Assembly (NCBI GenBank): GCA_028685295.1
Contig: JAQUEL010000003.1
Span: 11,104 to 75,103, forward strand
Origin: a bacterium
Lineage (GTDB): Bacteria; UBP13; UBA5359
Direction: 5' to 3'
Length of the DNA: 64,000 bases
The notes under the pieces: model-generated
Databases searched by the model: none
The model's input: only the letters and a program-made list of their open reading frames with translations
Told to the model about the DNA's origin: nothing
Program-made: the position numbers and the translations under genes
In this document: in pieces, positions 61,171 through 64,000 of the stretch
Layout of the letters: every line of letters starts with the position of its first letter
Numbering within the stretch: the first letter of the stretch is position 1

Positions 61171-61470
61171 CTAACGGAAGTCCGCTTCTTCGACCATTTC
61201 TATGGCTTTAACCTTAGGCGGGCATTCTTGGGCACAGATTCCGCACCCTTTACAATGTTTAAGATCTATGCCCTCTACTTTACCGTCTTTAAGCATGATG
61301 GCGACATCCGGGCAATACACCCAACAAGCCAGGCAATTAATACATTTTTCTTTGTTATGAACAGGTCTTAATGTCCTCCAGTCGCCGGTCTCATAATTTA
61401 TAGCCGTTCCAGGCTCATCTATTATGCCGCCGACGGGCAGGTCCTTCCAGTTGTTGGCAATATCTTTCAT
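61171..61470 (-). CDS. porD: 2-oxoacid:ferredoxin oxidoreductase delta subunit (2x[4Fe-4S] ferredoxin)
   Basis: 99 aa. CINCLACWVYCP and CKGCGICAQECP. Confidence 0.85.
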   Translation of the reverse strand: MKDIANNWKDLPVGGIIDEPGTAINYETGDWRTLRPVHNKEKCINCLACWVYCPDVAIMLKDGKVEGIDLKHCKGCGICAQECPPKVKAIEMVEEADFR

Positions 61471-62051
61471 TCCGACTTCACCTCCTGATAGGCGGTCTCA
61501 ATAGCTTCGATATTTCCCGCTATAACCTCAGGCTTGTTTCTGAATTTCTTGGTAAGCTTCTTTTTGTTATCCTCAAGCATTCTGTCAAAATCCAGAAGTC
61601 CGGTTACCTTGATAAGCGCACCCATCATGGGCGTATTAGGCACATCGCGTCCAATTTTCTCTTTGGCAATGCCGGATGCATCCACCGTAAAGATCTTAAG
61701 CCCTTTAATGGACAGACGCTTTCTGATAGCAGCCGGCTCCTCGGCGGTATTGAAGAGAATAATACCATCTTCAGGCAGGCCCGCCACCACATCTACCGTT
61801 CCCGCCAGCGTAGTATCCAGTACCACTACGATACTCGGATTGGTAACCTGGCAATGAAGCCTTATAGGCTCTTCGCTTATACGGTTGAAAGCCTGAACAG
61901 GAGCACCCATCCGTTCAGGACCATACTCCGGGAAAGCCTGTATATGCTTTCCTTCCCCCAATGCGGCATCGGCCAGGAGCAGAGCAGCTGTCTTAGCGCC
62001 CTGTCCGCCTCGTCCATGCCAGCGGATTTCAATAATTTCCCCCATCTGCAT
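61467..62051 (-). CDS. porG: 2-oxoacid:ferredoxin oxidoreductase gamma subunit
   Basis: 194 aa. EIRWHGRGGQGAKTAALLLADAA. Confidence 0.85.
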   Translation of the reverse strand: MQMGEIIEIRWHGRGGQGAKTAALLLADAALGEGKHIQAFPEYGPERMGAPVQAFNRISEEPIRLHCQVTNPSIVVVLDTTLAGTVDVVAGLPEDGIILFNTAEEPAAIRKRLSIKGLKIFTVDASGIAKEKIGRDVPNTPMMGALIKVTGLLDFDRMLEDNKKKLTKKFRNKPEVIAGNIEAIETAYQEVKSE

Positions 62052-62195
62052 CCCCCTTTACAAGTAAACGGCGTAATGCCGATCCCAAATGGAAACCGGC
62101 TCTACTAACCGCTTTCATATACCATTGTCAACAAACAAAGCGCCGACCTTATATAAACCGGCGCCAGCTGGCAGTATAACAGCGCAAACCATAGA

Positions 62196-62226
62196 GAATT
62201 ATAGACCTTTTAGCTGATTTTGTAAA
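62196..62226 (-). promoter_or_regulatory. Sigma-A promoter for the por operon
   Basis: Minus strand TTTACA-N17-TATAAT, about 140 nt upstream of porG. SD AAAGGGGGA. Confidence 0.5.
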
Positions 62227-62242
62227 CATGAAAAACCCTGAG

Positions 62243-62842
62243 CTAAAGCTCTTTTCTACCCTCAATGGCCCTATTAATAGTAATCTCGTCAGCGTAATCC
62301 AGATCTCCGCCGAAAGGTATACCGGAAGCTATTCTAGATACCTTCACCCCCATGGGCTTAAGCAGCCTGGAGAGATAGATGGCCGTAGCCTCTCCCTCCA
62401 CATTGGGATTGGTGGCGATAATCACTTCTTTAACAATGCCTGTATTGATACGCTCCAACAATTCACGGATCTTCAGATCCTCCGGTCCTATTCCTTCCAT
62501 CGGCGCTATAAGCCCTTGCAAAACATGGTAAATTCCCTTAAACTCACCGGACCGCTCCATGGCGGCCACATCTCTGGGCTCAGCAACCACAGCCAGCGTA
62601 GCCGCATCGCGTGAAAGATCGGAACAGATGCCGCACGGATCCTTATCCGTAAAGTTATTGCATGTGGAACAGGTATGTATCTTATCTTTAACCTCCAAAA
62701 TAGCCTCGGCTAGTTTGGAGGCATTCTCCCTGGATGTCTGCAATATATAATAAGCCAGCCTCTGCCCGGTTTTAGGTCCTATACCGGGCATCTTTGTCAG
62801 TTCTTCGATTAGTTTTGCCAACGGCTTGGCAAATGCACGCAT
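62243..62842 (-). CDS. recR: Recombination protein RecR
   Basis: 199 aa. HhH (MPGIGPKTGQRLAYY), C4 zinc finger (CSTCNNFTDKDPCGIC), Toprim. Confidence 0.9.
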   Translation of the reverse strand: MRAFAKPLAKLIEELTKMPGIGPKTGQRLAYYILQTSRENASKLAEAILEVKDKIHTCSTCNNFTDKDPCGICSDLSRDAATLAVVAEPRDVAAMERSGEFKGIYHVLQGLIAPMEGIGPEDLKIRELLERINTGIVKEVIIATNPNVEGEATAIYLSRLLKPMGVKVSRIASGIPFGGDLDYADEITINRAIEGRKEL

Positions 62843-62871
62843 AGTTTAGATATCAACTCCATCGTTATTAA

Positions 62872-63180
62872 TCACATTCCCGGCAATTTCAAACCACCGG
62901 TAAGCTTCGACATCTTTTCAGCAGCCGCATCCTGCGATCTCTTCATGGCATCACGCACAGCGGCCAGCACCAAATCCTGCAACGTTTCAATATCATCCGG
63001 ATCTACAACCTCCGGCGCTATCGCGATATCCAATATCTCCTGCTGGCCATTGGCAACGACCTTCACCATACCGCCTCCGGCACTGCCTTCAATTCTTTCA
63101 TCGGCCAGTTCATTCTGAATACGAGCCATCTCGGCCTGCATCTTCTGAACCTGCTTCATCATACCGCCTGCTCCCAGCAT
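62872..63180 (-). CDS. ybaB: Nucleoid-associated protein YbaB/EbfC
   Basis: 102 aa. MMKQVQKMQAEMARIQNEL... Confidence 0.85.
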   Translation of the reverse strand: MLGAGGMMKQVQKMQAEMARIQNELADERIEGSAGGGMVKVVANGQQEILDIAIAPEVVDPDDIETLQDLVLAAVRDAMKRSQDAAAEKMSKLTGGLKLPGM

Positions 63181-63282
63181 AAGTTACCTCCCATAATCTA
63201 TCAAAGGCTTTTTTATCTATAAGAATATAGCTTTGCGCTCAAACGCTTTCCTTCAGCTTGCCGGCTTTAACAATCATATCTT

Positions 63283-64000
63283 TTACTTGCCGACCACACT
63301 GCTGCCGTCAAAAAGATCCAGGGCCGCATACACCATCTCGGAACCGGAAAGAGTTTCCTCGGCAGCGGTCTCTTCCAGCGGCAACTTCTCGGAAATTATC
63401 GAGAGCTCAACTTTGACTCCGGCACCCAGATGCCGGCGCAGCACATCCACAAGCACACATCTGTTGTCAGGCGTATTGGCTACTTCAAGTGCATACTGAT
63501 AATGAAAGCCTATCTCCAGGCGTTCACCGTCATAGAATATCGCCTCACTACTACAGGATAACATAGTATAAAGATGTACACCAAAAGGTTTAAGCGCCAA
63601 TGTGAGTTCCGGCCAGATTTTCTTAATGCCGGCTAAATCTGCCGTGGGCGGACTGACAGGCCCAACATTATCTAGAGGATGCTTTGGTTCCGCCTGCGGC
63701 GCAGGCGCCGCAGGCTTCCCGGTTTTCTTAGGAGTCACCTTAGTAACGGCTCTGTAGGGCTCCGCACTTTTCTCTGTTAGAGTATGTCCTCCTTCTTCGA
63801 AACCCTCTCCGCCTGCAAAAGATCCCGATTCCCCGAAAGCCTCTTTTTTATCGGCTGCCAGCCCCAATAATCCGGCTTGCAGAACTATCAACGGCTGTGA
63901 GCTATTCTTCATACGGCTTACCGTTTCCGTTAGTTCTTCTATGCATCTTATTAATCCGTTCTGCGGAAAAGCAGCCGCAATCTCACCCAGAACATTTTCT
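63283..64000 (-). CDS. dnaX: DNA polymerase III subunit gamma/tau, C-terminal part; N-terminus lies off the window edge
   Basis: The reading frame stays open to the window edge upstream of the track's internal Met. The conserved dnaX-ybaB-recR order supports the call. Confidence 0.7.
   Translation of the reverse strand, partial: ENVLGEIAAAFPQNGLIRCIEELTETVSRMKNSSQPLIVLQAGLLGLAADKKEAFGESGSFAGGEGFEEGGHTLTEKSAEPYRAVTKVTPKKTGKPAAPAPQAEPKHPLDNVGPVSPPTADLAGIKKIWPELTLALKPFGVHLYTMLSCSSEAIFYDGERLEIGFHYQYALEVANTPDNRCVLVDVLRRHLGAGVKVELSIISEKLPLEETAAEETLSGSEMVYAALDLFDGSSVVGK

Noticed and set aside
62052-62242. Possible small RNA or terminator (GAGCUAAAGCUC plus U-run) between recR and the por operon
   Set aside because: The stem is only 4 bp and the U-tract is on the non-transcribed (plus) orientation. 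The region is better explained as the por promoter (TTTACA-N17-TATAAT) and leader.
63181-63282. Looked for an SRP RNA, tmRNA or other ncRNA near dnaX-ybaB
   Set aside because: Only a 12-codon ORF and weak hairpins are present. No conserved ncRNA motifs were seen. The SRP RNA, if present, would be upstream of dnaX outside the window.

Overview
This 64-kb window (~52% GC) is core chromosomal DNA of a Gram-positive-type, probably Clostridia-like, anaerobe. 60 of 61 genes lie on the minus strand. Nearly all of it is conserved housekeeping synteny.

Gene clusters, in transcription order on the minus strand:
- ispH, translationally coupled to a PDZ/radical-SAM (DUF512-like) gene.
- A branched-chain amino acid operon behind a T-box leader: ilvD-ilvB-ilvN-ilvC-leuA-leuC-leuD-cimA, with no leuB.
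- Class-I aminotransferase, scpB, scpA, trpS, an M50 site-2 protease and an MFS transporter.
- A riboflavin operon behind an FMN riboswitch: a small membrane ORF, then ribD-ribE-ribBA-ribH.
- mgtE, the only plus-strand gene.
- rpe and a PASTA Ser/Thr kinase.
- rlmN, rsmB, a RACo-like [2Fe-2S]/ASKHA protein, fmt, def, priA.
- A PrsA-like PPIase, coaBC, rpoZ, gmk.
- relA, recJ, secF, secD, tgt.
- rluD, lgt, lspA, a DksA/TraR-like gene, a hypothetical membrane protein, ileS, rmlD.
- A DUF167 gene, divIVA, proC, sepF, yggS.
- pdxS, then a four-subunit 2-oxoacid:ferredoxin oxidoreductase (gamma-delta-alpha-beta).
- recR, ybaB, dnaX (partial).

I found no transposases, integrases, phage genes, CRISPR arrays or recognisable defence/toxin loci. 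I cannot support the presence of a novel multi-gene system. The observations worth a second look are mostly non-coding or organisational:
- A heptamer-periodic 'TGCAGAA/GAATGCAGAATGK' motif array occurs in two unrelated 5' regions.
- A 127-nt hairpin-rich element closed by a perfect 18-bp inverted repeat sits inside the ilv-leu operon.
- A 28-bp perfect palindrome abuts a strong extended -10 promoter.
- A small polytopic membrane ORF is wedged between the FMN riboswitch terminator and ribD.
- A RACo-like redox ATPase is embedded in the def-fmt-rsmB cluster.
- A 1073-aa secreted modular protein carries Gly-rich linkers.
- Several expected partner genes are absent: PP2C phosphatase, rsgA, leuB, pdxT, yajC, and T-boxes on ileS and trpS.
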